Source: Abditibacterium sp.
GTDB taxonomy: Bacteria; Armatimonadota; Abditibacteriia; Abditibacteriales; Abditibacteriaceae
DNA length: 64,000 nt
Assembly: GCA_965246885.1 (NCBI GenBank)
Contig: OZ251992.1
Location: 2,528,001-2,592,000, forward strand
Direction of reading: 5' to 3'
This document shows positions 10,801 to 22,201 of this stretch, in pieces. Each line of letters opens with the position of its first letter. Positions within the stretch are counted from its first letter, which is position 1. The translations under genes and the position numbers were made by a program. The notes beneath the pieces are model-generated. The model saw nothing but the letters and a program-made list of their open reading frames with translations. It was not told the origin of the DNA and did no database searches.

Positions 10801-13800
10801 AATGTTTCAATCCCTCAAAGCACGATTAAAGGTCCTCGGCGGCGGCTTTGGCGGCGTCGGCCTCTTGCGTTTCAATCCCTCAAAGCACGATTAAAGGTCG
10901 TCTTCATGGACGAGATCGAGAAGCAGTTCGGCGTTTCAATCCCTCAAAGCACGATTAAAGGGTCGGACGAGGGCGCCCCGTCTGGCAGCACGCAGAGTTG
11001 TTTCAATCCCTCAAAGCACGATTAAAGGGAGTTTGGCATTTCCTTTGTCTACCTTCTTTTCTATAGTTTCAATCCCTCAAAGCACGATTAAAGGGCGTCT
11101 TCTACCGGGACAAGGAAACGAAAGAGGAAAGTTTCAATCCCTCAAAGCACGATTAAAGGTTGCGATAAGTCCGACTATGAGCAATGCTCAGATAGGTTTC
11201 AATCCCTCAAAGCACGATTAAAGGGGCGGGGCGACGGCGAGAGCCGCGCACCCCCGAACGGGTTTCAATCCCTCAAAGCACGATTAAAGGTGCCGCCAAC
11301 ACCCCAACGGCCAACCCCCCGGAGCGGAGTTTCAATCCCTCAAAGCACGATTAAAGGTAGCTCCTCAGCGTGTGCGGTTGCGGCGTTGGCCGCTGTTTCA
11401 ATCCCTCAAAGCACGATTAAAGGGCCAGTTTTGCCGGAGGTTCCGGCGGTTGGGATCATTGTTTCAATCCCTCAAAGCACGATTAAAGGAACCTTAGTGC
11501 CATCCGCGCTGTATTGCACGAGCGCGGGTTTCAATCCCTCAAAGCACGATTAAAGGGGCATACACCTCGATTTCGCGCAGGCTGGCCGCTTCGTTTCAAT
11601 CCCTCAAAGCACGATTAAAGGTCGTGCAACCAACACCGGGGTTTTGGGAAGTGAATTGGTTTCAATCCCTCAAAGCACGATTAAAGGCGGGCGCGCCGGG
11701 CCTCAAATAGTCGGGCGCCGATGGGTTTCAATCCCTCAAAGCACGATTAAAGGGGCCACCATATATGGCCGCAGCGAAGGCATCGGCAAAGTTTCAATCC
11801 CTCAAAGCACGATTAAAGGACCAATAGTGATTGGCAGCACCGCGTTGAGACGTTCCAGTTTCAATCCCTCAAAGCACGATTAAAGGTTGAGCGCGCGGAG
11901 CATCGGCTCGACTTTGAGTTGGTTTCAATCCCTCAAAGCACGATTAAAGGTAACTCCCATTTATTCACGCCTTGCGCCGCGTCGTCGGTTTCAATCCCTC
12001 AAAGCACGATTAAAGGCGGCGTTTTAAACGTGAAATTGGGTGATTGATTCGATGTTTCAATCCCTCAAAGCACGATTAAAGGCTACACCTTACTTTGGAG
12101 GAGCGTTCACTCTCACTCCGTTTCAATCCCTCAAAGCACGATTAAAGGCACGATGACGCAATCCGTGTTGCTGTAGACCGCGCCACGTTTCAATCCCTCA
12201 AAGCACGATTAAAGGGTATAAAACCCAACGTCAACATGAAGCGCCGCCGTGTGTTTCAATCCCTCAAAGCACGATTAAAGGAAAGTAGCACGACTTGACA
12301 TCGTAGAGCGTGGCGTCGTTTCAATCCCTCAAAGCACGATTAAAGGTTGCCATTGCAGGCGCCGGCTGCTGCTGCCGCAATCTGTTTCAATCCCTCAAAG
12401 CACGATTAAAGGCTGCGCTGGCGATTTTTTGATGCTGCTCGACGCTGAAGGTTTCAATCCCTCAAAGCACGATTAAAGGTCGAGGCGCCAATACGATTGG
12501 CGGGCATCAACGCGCGTTTCAATCCCTCAAAGCACGATTAAAGGTGCTCATGGCGTCTCAGGTGTAACCAATCCGACTAGGTTTCAATCCCTCAAAGCAC
12601 GATTAAAGGCAGTAAGAAGTTAAGAGTCTTCTCCATGTAAAAATTTGTTTCAATCCCTCAAAGCACGATTAAAGGATGGAGATTTTCCAGCCCAGTTCTA
12701 CACGGCAGACGAGTTTCAATCCCTCAAAGCACGATTAAAGGGCTGTTGAGGGGGCCCAAGCCGTGCCTGGCGATTTCGGTTTCAATCCCTCAAAGCACGA
12801 TTAAAGGTAGATTCTGGAGCATCCGTTGTGCCGTCTCGCCTTGCGTTTCAATCCCTCAAAGCACGATTAAAGGCTGTATAAGTTGGCGAACCTGTTCCCC
12901 GACTCGAAAGGTTTCAATCCCTCAAAGCACGATTAAAGGGCCAACATTTCGCTTGTGGGCGCGGCGGTGTGCGGCGTCGTTTCAATCCCTCAAAGCACGA
13001 TTAAAGGTTCAAGGTCGCGGCGCGCGACGCGGGCGGCGTAAGCATGTTTCAATCCCTCAAAGCACGATTAAAGGTTTCCGATACGGACTCCACGCGAGAA
13101 CAGGAGAACAAGTTTCAATCCCTCAAAGCACGATTAAAGGTCGAACTCAAAATCCCGCCCCGCGCTTTCGAGCGGCTGTTTCAATCCCTCAAAGCACGAT
13201 TAAAGGCTTGCCCCGCGTGGCGTGAACCGTCACTATTTTAATGTTTCAATCCCTCAAAGCACGATTAAAGGTCCTCGGCGGCGCCCTTGTCGCGCCGCTC
13301 GGTGTCAGTTTCAATCCCTCAAAGCACGATTAAAGGGCGGCAAGCATTTTGTCCGCGTTCAGTCGCGCATGTTTCAATCCCTCAAAGCACGATTAAAGGG
13401 CGTGGTTTTGCCTCTTTTGCCAGCGCCAGCGCCCAGTGTTTCAATCCCTCAAAGCACGATTAAAGGGCCGCGTGCCGTAAGCGCGCCCGCGCTGCCGCCA
13501 AAGTTTCAATCCCTCAAAGCACGATTAAAGGTTTGGAGGGCGCGTTCGAGGCCCGCGACGACTTCGGGGTTTCAATCCCTCAAAGCACGATTAAAGGCCA
13601 ACAGATACTCCTTGTAGTGTTGGCACGCTTCTTCGTTTCAATCCCTCAAAGCACGATTAAAGGCGATTTCGCGCCCGCCAATGGTGTAGCCAGAACGCTG
13701 TTTCAATCCCTCAAAGCACGATTAAAGGTTGTCCGGCGACTCTGGCCTTCCATCGGGCACCGGGTTTCAATCCCTCAAAGCACGATTAAAGGCAATCTTG

Positions 13801-15911
13801 AGTGGAAAGATTTCAGGCTTGCTGTCGGGTTTCAATCCCTCAAAGCACGATTAAAGGCGATTTTCAGGGCTACACCGCGAGCGTTTCGGGAGTTGTTTCA
13901 ATCCCTCAAAGCACGATTAAAGGCGAAATCATGCGGATGGGGGTAGGTGTCCTCGTTTATGGTTTCAATCCCTCAAAGCACGATTAAAGGTCGGCACGCT
14001 TCATCAAAAGTCATCGGTGCTTCTCCCTGTTTCAATCCCTCAAAGCACGATTAAAGGCGCCAGAAGCCGGGGCGGGCGCGGGGCGCAGCGAGGAGTTTCA
14101 ATCCCTCAAAGCACGATTAAAGGTTGCTTAGCTCCTGCGCCACCTGTCCCCACCCGCGAGTGTTTCAATCCCTCAAAGCACGATTAAAGGGCTCGTCAAT
14201 GGTGCGACAGGCGCGAATTGTTTCCTGAGTTTCAATCCCTCAAAGCACGATTAAAGGGCGCCCTCGCTCATCACGTCTGCGTCGCCTCGGCGACGTTTCA
14301 ATCCCTCAAAGCACGATTAAAGGGGCGCCGAGCAGCAGAAACACGCGAAAGTGCGCGAACGTTTCAATCCCTCAAAGCACGATTAAAGGGCGCAATCGAA
14401 GAGTTGCAGAGCGAAATCTTCGACCTGGTTTCAATCCCTCAAAGCACGATTAAAGGCGGCTTCTCGGCGACGGGTTTCCACCATAGATGTGTTGGTTTCA
14501 ATCCCTCAAAGCACGATTAAAGGTTGCCTATTCCGCGAGCATCCCAAAACTTTCAAATCGCGGTTTCAATCCCTCAAAGCACGATTAAAGGCGCGTGGGA
14601 TTTTGAGGCGCGCACTATCACCGTTGGTTTCAATCCCTCAAAGCACGATTAAAGGACATTCAGAAGCCGCCGCTTCGACCGACGCCGGGAGATGTTTCAA
14701 TCCCTCAAAGCACGATTAAAGGACTATGCAAACACCATCACGAAACGAAAGGCACGCTCCGTTTCAATCCCTCAAAGCACGATTAAAGGCGCGATGGCGC
14801 CGGGGCAACTGAGCGCGGGCAACGCGGGTTTCAATCCCTCAAAGCACGATTAAAGGCAACGAGCCGAACAACACCATAAGCTTGGCCGATTACGGTTTCA
14901 ATCCCTCAAAGCACGATTAAAGGTGGCGACTTCGTCTTCGCCGGCGTGCCGTACGACAAGGTTTCAATCCCTCAAAGCACGATTAAAGGTTGTCGTGGAA
15001 ATCCACACTGAACCCCGGCAGTTCGAGTTTCAATCCCTCAAAGCACGATTAAAGGTTGATGAACCACAGGCCGTATTCATGTAAATCGAGGTTTCAATCC
15101 CTCAAAGCACGATTAAAGGCATCATGTGGCCCTGCGCGATCCACACCGGCGGCTCGGTTTCAATCCCTCAAAGCACGATTAAAGGAGGTATGGAAATCCG
15201 GTAAGATTCCTTTCACCGGCCAAGTTTCAATCCCTCAAAGCACGATTAAAGGAGCCACCATCTCCACCAACCTCGCAGGAGTAAGCGGGTTTCAATCCCT
15301 CAAAGCACGATTAAAGGGGGCGGCTTTTCGGTCGCGTCCAACGCGCGCAAGTGTGTTTCAATCCCTCAAAGCACGATTAAAGGGACCGAGGCGAGAACTT
15401 CTACACCTGCTTGCCTACGAGTTTCAATCCCTCAAAGCACGATTAAAGGGGCCCGTCATATTGGCGCTCTTCGGGCCGGGGAACATGTTTCAATCCCTCA
15501 AAGCACGATTAAAGGTCGCGCCGCGCTGTTTTGCTTCGCGCCGGGTGCCACTTGTTTCAATCCCTCAAAGCACGATTAAAGGGGATGGTGGCGGTCGTGA
15601 GGCGCGTAGCCGTGCCCGCGTTTCAATCCCTCAAAGCACGATTAAAGGAAGTGTGGAGCGACATCATGCTCGACGCGGCGTGGGTGTTTCAATCCCTCAA
15701 AGCACGATTAAAGGACGGGCAGGAAGTTGTTGAAGGTGCGCTTCACTGCGTGTTTCAATCCCTCAAAGCACGATTAAAGGCGACTAAGCGGCTCTTGCCG
15801 TTGCTGCCTTTGCCTGTTTCAATCCCTCAAAGCACGATTAAAGGTGGAAGCGCGCGGGTCTCACGGTTCGGGTCGAGGCGAAGTTTCAATCCCTCAAAGC
15901 ACGATTAAAGG
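1844..15911 (-). CRISPR. CRISPR array, about 214 copies of a 29-bp repeat, spacers ~34-39 bp; type I-B
   Basis: Plus-strand repeat GTTTCAATCCCTCAAAGCACGATTAAAGG recurs about every 66 bp from 1844 to 15883. The reverse complement CCTTTAATCGTGCTTTGAGGGATTGAAAC ends in the ATTGAAAC handle, so the array is transcribed on the minus strand from the cas2 side. Count is manual. Confidence 0.99.
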
Positions 15912-16048
15912 CCACCCCGCGCGGCGCGATTTTGTCCATATTTAAGGCATAAAAGCCCTCAAATTTTCAAGGTTCAGGGGCTTGACACTCGTCGCGTCAC
16001 GATGGAGGAAAAACCTCGGCCACCCGACGACCCCGTCAGTGTAGCTTG
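15912..16048 (-). promoter_or_regulatory. CRISPR leader
   Basis: Non-coding, partly AT-rich segment between the cas2 stop and the first repeat in transcribed orientation. Confidence 0.75.
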
Positions 16049-16312
16049 TTACAGGATGTTGCCGGTGCCCAGCTTTTCGATGCCCATCACGGCGCGCTCC
16101 CATTTGGTGCCGGAGGGGATTTCGTAGAACAGCACGCTGTCTTGCTCTTCTTGGATGAGGGCTGAGACCGCGACTTTGATCTGGCGCAGCGTGGCGGGCG
16201 TGACTTCGCCCTCGAAGACCGAGTTCTGCACCCAGTTCAACCACTGGCGCAGACATTTACAGACTTTACTTACACGCTTGACATCCACATCGTAGACGAC
16301 GACGACATACAT
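16049..16312 (-). CDS. cas2: CRISPR-associated endoribonuclease Cas2
   Basis: MYVVVVYDVDVKRVSKVCKCLRQWLNWVQNSVFEGEVT...QDSVLFY, 87 aa, next to the leader. Confidence 0.97.
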   Translation of the reverse strand: MYVVVVYDVDVKRVSKVCKCLRQWLNWVQNSVFEGEVTPATLRQIKVAVSALIQEEQDSVLFYEIPSGTKWERAVMGIEKLGTGNIL

Positions 16313-16405
16313 GAGGGCACCTCCCGTTGCATATCTGGCTTTCTCCGGGTATGGTTTAACTGCCAGAGCGGTTGGGACGTCGGAACACCCTCTCTTCCGA
16401 GGGCG

Positions 16406-16822
16406 TTACCACCAGATTTTGAACGGGTCGTAAGGCTCGATGTCGAGGAAGTGGCGCTGCAGCTTGTAGAATTCTAAACGCACCAGATGGCGGTAGATCA
16501 CGCGCTTTTTGAGGTTGCGGTGGTCAATGTCGGCCCAAGGCGCCGAGAAGATGCTCGACCACGCTTTGTAATAGGCCGCCCGCATCGCGCCTTCGAGACC
16601 CATCACGGTTTCGACATCGGGCGCGCCCGGCAACTGCGCGCGCAAGTGTTCGATGTCGCCAATCCACCCCGACACGTCCTTGCCCCGCGAGGGCGCGCCG
16701 TAGTAGCGCAGGTTCTTGAGAATATTGAAGCTGGCGCCCTCGACCAGACAGTGCGCAGCGTCACTCGCTTGGCGCCGTCGGCATACAAAAGCGCCTGAAA
16801 AGATGTAGTAAGGCCGTTTCAT
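16406..16822 (-). pseudogene. cas1: Cas1 (type I-B), internally deleted remnant
   Basis: Only 138 codons remain. MKRPYYIFS is joined to a frameshifted QALLYADGAKRVTL / VEGASFNILKNLRYY...MGLEGAMRAAYY segment, which jumps straight to the C-terminal HRNLKKRVIYRHLVRLEFYKLQRHFLDIEPYDPFKIWW. The catalytic H...D/E region is missing. Confidence 0.9.
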
Positions 16823-16849
16823 TGGGAGCTCCGGTTGAGATGACCGGCG

Positions 16850-17075
16850 GACAAAGGTGGGTGAACAACTCACCCGATCGGACGGATGACTCACCCGACT
16901 GAACCAACGACTCACCCGGTCGGGCGAGTCGTCCGCCCGGTCAAACGAACGATTCGCCCGGTCGGGTGAACGACTCGTCCGACTGAACCAATGACTCACA
17001 CGGTCGGGTGAACCACCCACCCGGCCAAACCAATGATTCACCCGACTAAACGAATGATTTGCCCGACCCGGCGCG
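16850..17075. repeat. Degenerate 21-bp tandem repeat between cas4 and cas1
   Basis: Units such as gactcacccgactgaaccaac, gactcacccggtcgggcgagt, gattcgcccggtcgggtgaac and gactcgtccgactgaaccaat; about 10 copies. Confidence 0.75.
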
Positions 17076-17118
17076 CAAGAGATAAAAATCGAGTTGATCC
17101 AAAACTCACAACCCACAT

Positions 17119-17636
17119 TCAAACGTAACACAAATCGAAATAAGCGCACTTCGAGCAAAACGAGATTTTGTCCAGACGCGGCGGCACAGTCTCACTTTCG
17201 ATGATGGCACCAGCTTGTTGCAGCGCCTCGTCCAGTTCACATTGCGCGCCCGCGTCCAGTTCGATGGTTTCTCGTTGCTTCAGTTCGAGATAATCCAACA
17301 CCCCGCGCGCCTCCACTCCCTTACCCCGCAAGACGTGCAGATAAAAAAGCATCTGCAACCGATGGGCGCGCGACACCGCCTTCGATTTTTTGACTTCGTG
17401 AACCGTTAGCACCCCATCCTCCCCCACCCGCGACTCGGCCCAGTCGAGAACAATCTGTCGTCAATCTTAATCTCCTTCTTTTCCCGCCCGTAAGCGTTCT
17501 CCCCGATCTGCTTACCCATCTGCACGTCCTCATTTTCGCGCTCCATCTCGATGCCATGCGAAAACAACCACAGCTTGCGATGACAAACCAAAAAGTAGTT
17601 GAGCTAAGTCCCGGTGAAACGATTGGGGGTTTGCAT
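17119..17636 (-). pseudogene. cas4: Cas4, inactivated by a nonsense codon and a frameshift
   Basis: ATG 17636: MQTPNRFTGT*LNYFLVCHRKLWLFSHGIEME (TAG at 17604-17606). A frameshift near 17450 leads into LDW...VHEVKKSK...HRLQMLFYL...CSKCAYFDLCYV. Confidence 0.9.
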
Positions 17637-17641
17637 GGTGA

Positions 17642-19963
17642 TCAACAGAAATTGGAGTCGGACTCGTCGCAGGGGTCGTCTAAGTCCAGACCCAAGCAAG
17701 GCCCTTCGCCCACAGGCGCGTTGGTGTAGCGAAAGAGCGCGACGGTCATTTGCCAGTTGTCGCCCAAATCGGTGATTTTGCGCTGCCCTTGTAAACCGTC
17801 TCGTTGCGCCTTTTTGTCAGCGCCAAACCAAGAGCGCAGATTGACGTTTACCGTCAACTCTTTGGCGCGTAGGAACTGCTTGTTCGTGACCGCTTCGCGC
17901 CACTCCTTCTCGTAGCGCGACGGCACGACTTGCACGGTGTCGAACAGCGTGACTTCCAAGTCGGGGTCAATGCACGGGTCAATCATCGGCTTGAGGTTGG
18001 CAACAACTGAAGTGAACTTTCTGTGCGCCTGACTTTTCGCGTCGTTTTCGGCGGGCGTTAGGCCGTGCGGATAGATCGCTTCCATCCATGCGAGCGACTT
18101 GTCAAACGTCAACCTCTCGCCGGACTTCTCGAACTCGCGTGCCCACTTCGCAGTGGTTGCCAATATCTCGCCGTCATACACCATTTGGGAACCGGGGTCG
18201 TCGCCGCCGCAAATGACGACTTGGGCACTTGGGCTGGCATCGCCGTGCCGATTGACGCGCCCGAAGCGTTGCAAGAGCGCGTCGGCGGGCGCAAGCTCCG
18301 TCCACATCACGCCAAAGGAAACATCGAGCGAAACCTCGATTACCTGCGTCGCAATCACCAGATTCTGAGCCTCAATTCTTTGTTGATTCTCGCGCTGGGC
18401 GCGGTCGCCGAGCGTAAAACGCGAATGGACGAGATACGGCCCGTGCCTTTCCAAAAGCTGCGACATCCGAATCGCCTTGCGGACGGTGTTGCACACGATG
18501 GCCACTTTCAATCCGCTTGCAAGCGCCGCCTCGATTTGCGACACGATGGATTCGTCTTCGATGAGTCCGTCGTGAACGGCGATTTGGCGCCGCGCCTCTT
18601 GGAGCAACTTATCGCCGAGAGGTAAAGCAATCTCGGCGCTTGCGGGGATGTGCGCGGCTTCGCGCAGTTCGTTTTTCAGGCAGTCGGGCAGAGTCGCCGT
18701 CATGATGAACACGCGCGCGCCCAACTTTTGCAAGCAATCTAACAGCACCAATATCAGGCCGAGCGTGTGGCCGTCATAGGCGTGAATCTCATCGAAGACA
18801 ACAAGCGAGTCGGAGAGTTCGAGCAGTCCGACCTCGAAGAACTTGCGCCCAAAAAAGAGGTTGAGAAGCTGATAGACCGTCGTGACTTTGAGCGGCGCAT
18901 AAAGTTGGCGCGCCGCGTCTTTGTGAGTTCTGGCGAGTTTCGCGGCCTCGTCGTGCGAAAGTTCGTCGTTGAGCGATTCCTGCAAATACGCCAAATCAGA
19001 GTTGGCGTGAACGACAGCGACATTGGAGTTCTGGCCCAGCTTGATTTGGCCCTGCTCATCAGGAAACAGTTCGCCCAACCGCTTCGCCATCGCGTTGATG
19101 GACACCTGATAGGGCAAAACATAGAAAATCCGCTCGCCGCCCTTTCGATTATTCAAGGCCCACAGGAGCGCCGCCTCGGTTTTCCCCGCGCCCGTAGGCG
19201 CCATCAAGAGAGCCGACCCACTTGTATGAGCGCACTGACGTTGCATCCAACTCCACCCGCGCCAAGGTCGGACATACTGACCGGGTTCTTTCTTACGTCG
19301 TTCGAGTCGGGCGCTGATAACTTTCTTCATGCGTCGCGCGAAGATGGTGCGCCCCGAAAAGGCCACGCCCAATCCTGCAGATGCAAGATGATCGGACGCG
19401 ACAAGGGCACCGCGAATACGGGCGGTGTGCAAATCTCGAAAGACGGAACAGAGTTCGTAAGCCAAAACATCAACATCGTTGGCAGGAGATTCTACGTTCT
19501 CATCGTAAAACCATCTTGAAAGGTGGGCAGCGAAAGTCTTCTCCAATAATGCCACATCGAGTTCCCTCCACTTCTGTCCCCATACTGGACTAAGTTCGGA
19601 TTTGCACCTCTGGAACGCCGGATTAGTTTTGTTGGCACTACCGAAGTTTTTATGATGCGTGAGCAATGCAAGGTAAGGCGCCCGCCACTTGAGGTCTTCG
19701 ACATCAAAACAAACCCGAAAAATGGCGGCGCTCAGAACTTCGTGCCGAAAATTCCAAGGGGTGTCGTCGCGTAGCATCTTCTGGAAACCTGCTGCCCCCT
19801 TGCCCATATCGTGGAATTGTGCTGCCATTTCCAGTTCAATAGGCAACCAATGCCATATCCTTCGCAAACGGCGCACAGCCGCAACGACATCTTCCGTATG
19901 TTCGGTAAGAAGTTGACGGCCCGCCTTACTTTTAGCCCAGAGAGGATCGAAAGTTCCAAACAT
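17642..19963 (-). CDS. cas3: Cas3 HD nuclease / SF2 helicase
   Basis: HD motifs (LTEHT, FHDMGK, RHEVLS, THH, SDHLAS), Walker A APTGAGKT, DEIH, MTAT, ATQVIEVSLDV, QRFGRVNR. Start placed at ATG 19963; the track extends to 19990. Confidence 0.97.
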   Translation of the reverse strand: MFGTFDPLWAKSKAGRQLLTEHTEDVVAAVRRLRRIWHWLPIELEMAAQFHDMGKGAAGFQKMLRDDTPWNFRHEVLSAAIFRVCFDVEDLKWRAPYLALLTHHKNFGSANKTNPAFQRCKSELSPVWGQKWRELDVALLEKTFAAHLSRWFYDENVESPANDVDVLAYELCSVFRDLHTARIRGALVASDHLASAGLGVAFSGRTIFARRMKKVISARLERRKKEPGQYVRPWRGWSWMQRQCAHTSGSALLMAPTGAGKTEAALLWALNNRKGGERIFYVLPYQVSINAMAKRLGELFPDEQGQIKLGQNSNVAVVHANSDLAYLQESLNDELSHDEAAKLARTHKDAARQLYAPLKVTTVYQLLNLFFGRKFFEVGLLELSDSLVVFDEIHAYDGHTLGLILVLLDCLQKLGARVFIMTATLPDCLKNELREAAHIPASAEIALPLGDKLLQEARRQIAVHDGLIEDESIVSQIEAALASGLKVAIVCNTVRKAIRMSQLLERHGPYLVHSRFTLGDRAQRENQQRIEAQNLVIATQVIEVSLDVSFGVMWTELAPADALLQRFGRVNRHGDASPSAQVVICGGDDPGSQMVYDGEILATTAKWAREFEKSGERLTFDKSLAWMEAIYPHGLTPAENDAKSQAHRKFTSVVANLKPMIDPCIDPDLEVTLFDTVQVVPSRYEKEWREAVTNKQFLRAKELTVNVNLRSWFGADKKAQRDGLQGQRKITDLGDNWQMTVALFRYTNAPVGEGPCLGLDLDDPCDESDSNFC

Positions 19964-20621
19964 AGAAGTCCTCACCTGTAGAGGAGACACGCACTAACTG
20001 ATCAGAGGTTTTCAATACACGCACGGTTTGAGGTTGCGTCGCATCAATACGTGGGGCCATGCTCAAAGGGCGTCTCTTGTCCTCGAAAGCAATGGGAGAT
20101 GTGAAAATCGTTCCGCTACCGACTCCCATCGGTAAGCACTGACGGGCTATCTGTGCGCTTGTGACTTCTTCGACTTCAACCTCTCGCCACGTCTTTTCGG
20201 TTATCAAATCCTCGCCTCGCCCCAATGAAAGAGGATTTGCGGGCGCACGAAGCCACTCGCTTTCTACCCCGGACAAAACGCATAGCGTTAGAACGGGAAG
20301 CGCGAGAAACTCACGCTCTATCGCTGGGTCGCTGTATTTCTGAATTTTGTCGCCCTTGAATGCAGAGAACCGCTCCGGCAGCTGACATCGTTGCAAATCA
20401 GCGTGAACACTAGAGAAGTCCATGCGCCAACCCAAGCTCAGAGTTTCCGGCTCTATCCACGCGCCTTTAGCTGCCATGAGTAGCCCATGAACGGTGCAAG
20501 GTGGCGGACAGCGCAAAGTGCGGAATGGAAGCGAGCTATCTTTGGCGATACGGGCGTAGTTGAAACGCGGGTCTCGAAAATGAGCCGTGACGCCCGCTAA
20601 TCGAACCAGTAGAGCCTTCAT
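19932..20621 (-). CDS. cas5: Cas5 (type I-B)
   Basis: N-terminal TAHFRDP...RTLRCPPPCTVHGLL and LSLGRGEDL motifs; lies between cas7 and cas3. Confidence 0.93.
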   Translation of the reverse strand: MKALLVRLAGVTAHFRDPRFNYARIAKDSSLPFRTLRCPPPCTVHGLLMAAKGAWIEPETLSLGWRMDFSSVHADLQRCQLPERFSAFKGDKIQKYSDPAIEREFLALPVLTLCVLSGVESEWLRAPANPLSLGRGEDLITEKTWREVEVEEVTSAQIARQCLPMGVGSGTIFTSPIAFEDKRRPLSMAPRIDATQPQTVRVLKTSDQLVRVSSTGEDFYVWNFRSSLG

Positions 20622-22201
20622 TGAGAAGCACCATCGGCGTCTTCGACCAGCACATCAGCCGCCATTTTTTTCAACATCGCGCGCGTCAGCCCAACTTCCA
20701 CCGTAAAATCGGCATCGTCTATGAAACGCACCACGCGGCTTTTGAACTCTTCGAGCGAGTCGGCTATTGTTTTGTCCTCATCTCCCGGAACCAAATCGGG
20801 GGACAAGCCAATGTAAATCGTTCGGGACTCGAACAAATCCTTCCAGTCCTGCACAACGGCTTCCAATCGGCGCAAGTCAAGTCGAGGCAAGTCATTGCTT
20901 CCCACCCAGACCACATCAAAAGGGGAGTCTGCACATTTCATGAATGCGCCAACAAAAGCGCGTGGCTTCAAGCTGCCATCATGAAGAGCGCCAGATGCGG
21001 GGCCACCCGCATTGCCAATTTCTCCGAGAGAGGTGAGAGCTTTTTTGATGCGGTTGCTCCGTTCGGACGTGGGCAACTGGATGTAAGAGACCGTCTCACC
21101 ACTTTTAGAGTAAGGATCGACTTCGGCCTTTTGCTCGTAGTCTTTTGGCAAATCCTCCGCGAGCAGATCCATATTCTTTCCAATGCAGAATTTGCCAACG
21201 CGGAAAGACTCGATTAGAATACGAGTTTTGAGCCAGCCTGAATAAATGCCAACGCGGTTTGGATTAAGAACTGCGTCAAGTCCAGTGGCCTTGATGTGAC
21301 GTGCCATAACCTGAAATTCAGACGCTCTTTTGATACCGCTAAACGCGAGAAGTGCGTGCATCCTGACTGGTGCCGCGCGTCGTGTAGTGTCTTGTTTCTT
21401 CTCGACCGCAAGTTGCGATTTCACTTGGCCCTGCAGGTTTTTGAAGCGCGCCTCACGCAATTGCATCTCACCGCCTTTAGTGAGATTGGCCCACGCTTTA
21501 GCTCCCTTAAGACTAGGGAAATTTTTCTGCTCGTAGAAACTCTCATCTTCCAACGCAAAATTCAAGGCATCCACGATGGCTTCGGCGAGGTCGGGAGTCA
21601 AATTGTGGTTATCGGTCAAACCCTGCATTTCTTCGGGCACCAACTCTTCTAACCGCTTTTTCAGGTATTGAGTCAAAGGGTCTGAACTGGTTATCAACCG
21701 TTTCGGCCACTCCTTCTTGCGCTTGAGTTGCTCAACAGCAAAAGACAGATTTGCCTTCAACTCCTCCTGTTTGCGCGCTTTGTCCTCTTCGCTTTGATTT
21801 TCTTCCACCGCTTCGCTCTCTTCCTCAGCTTTTTCTGCTGATGCTCCAGCTATCATGTAGCCGAACAAGTCGTCGTCTTCAAACTCGTAGGGCTTGCCAG
21901 ACGTGTAAGCCTGATTTTTCACTTTGGTGATCGGGCTAAACGGGCCACCCATCGCCTCTCGCCAGTGCTTTTTGAAGCACTGACTGGAAACGTAGGGTAA
22001 AACATCTCCGTTTTGGTCGCGCATGAACTTGAAGTCGTAGCCGCTCACAACACCTTGTCCACGATTGAAGCGCACGGCTTCACCGTAAAAAACCAAGGCG
22101 AGCGCAACAGTGGAGCAAATGGGACGCGGTGCGCTAACTTCTGGCGAGCCGACAGCGGAGTCAGACTGGGCGTCCTGATCTTGAGAAAGTGTGGTGTTCA
22201 T
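20618..22201 (-). CDS. cas7: Cas7 (Cas7i/Cst2/DevR-type) with a large internal insertion
   Basis: PYVSSQCFKKHWR, EDDDLFGYM and TTRRAAPVR motifs. 527 aa, with ~150 extra residues between FGYMIA and TTRR. Confidence 0.9.
   Translation of the reverse strand: MNTTLSQDQDAQSDSAVGSPEVSAPRPICSTVALALVFYGEAVRFNRGQGVVSGYDFKFMRDQNGDVLPYVSSQCFKKHWREAMGGPFSPITKVKNQAYTSGKPYEFEDDDLFGYMIAGASAEKAEEESEAVEENQSEEDKARKQEELKANLSFAVEQLKRKKEWPKRLITSSDPLTQYLKKRLEELVPEEMQGLTDNHNLTPDLAEAIVDALNFALEDESFYEQKNFPSLKGAKAWANLTKGGEMQLREARFKNLQGQVKSQLAVEKKQDTTRRAAPVRMHALLAFSGIKRASEFQVMARHIKATGLDAVLNPNRVGIYSGWLKTRILIESFRVGKFCIGKNMDLLAEDLPKDYEQKAEVDPYSKSGETVSYIQLPTSERSNRIKKALTSLGEIGNAGGPASGALHDGSLKPRAFVGAFMKCADSPFDVVWVGSNDLPRLDLRRLEAVVQDWKDLFESRTIYIGLSPDLVPGDEDKTIADSLEEFKSRVVRFIDDADFTVEVGLTRAMLKKMAADVLVEDADGASQ

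Noticed and set aside
10833..13307. Two spacers sharing the first 12 nt (tcctcggcggcg)
   Set aside because: They diverge afterwards and the shared part is GC-rich and low-complexity; likely chance.
1976..15908. Dozens of ORFs containing FQSLKARLK / VSIPQSTIKG / FNPSKHD
   Set aside because: These are translations of the CRISPR repeat, not proteins.
1844..15911. Self-targeting spacers within this window
   Set aside because: None spotted by eye, but the check was not exhaustive; a spacer-versus-genome alignment is needed.
16406..17158. 250-aa Cas1 with a novel N-terminal repeat domain
   Set aside because: The extension is the 21-bp intergenic repeat read in frame; Cas1 homology begins at MKRPYYIFS (16822).
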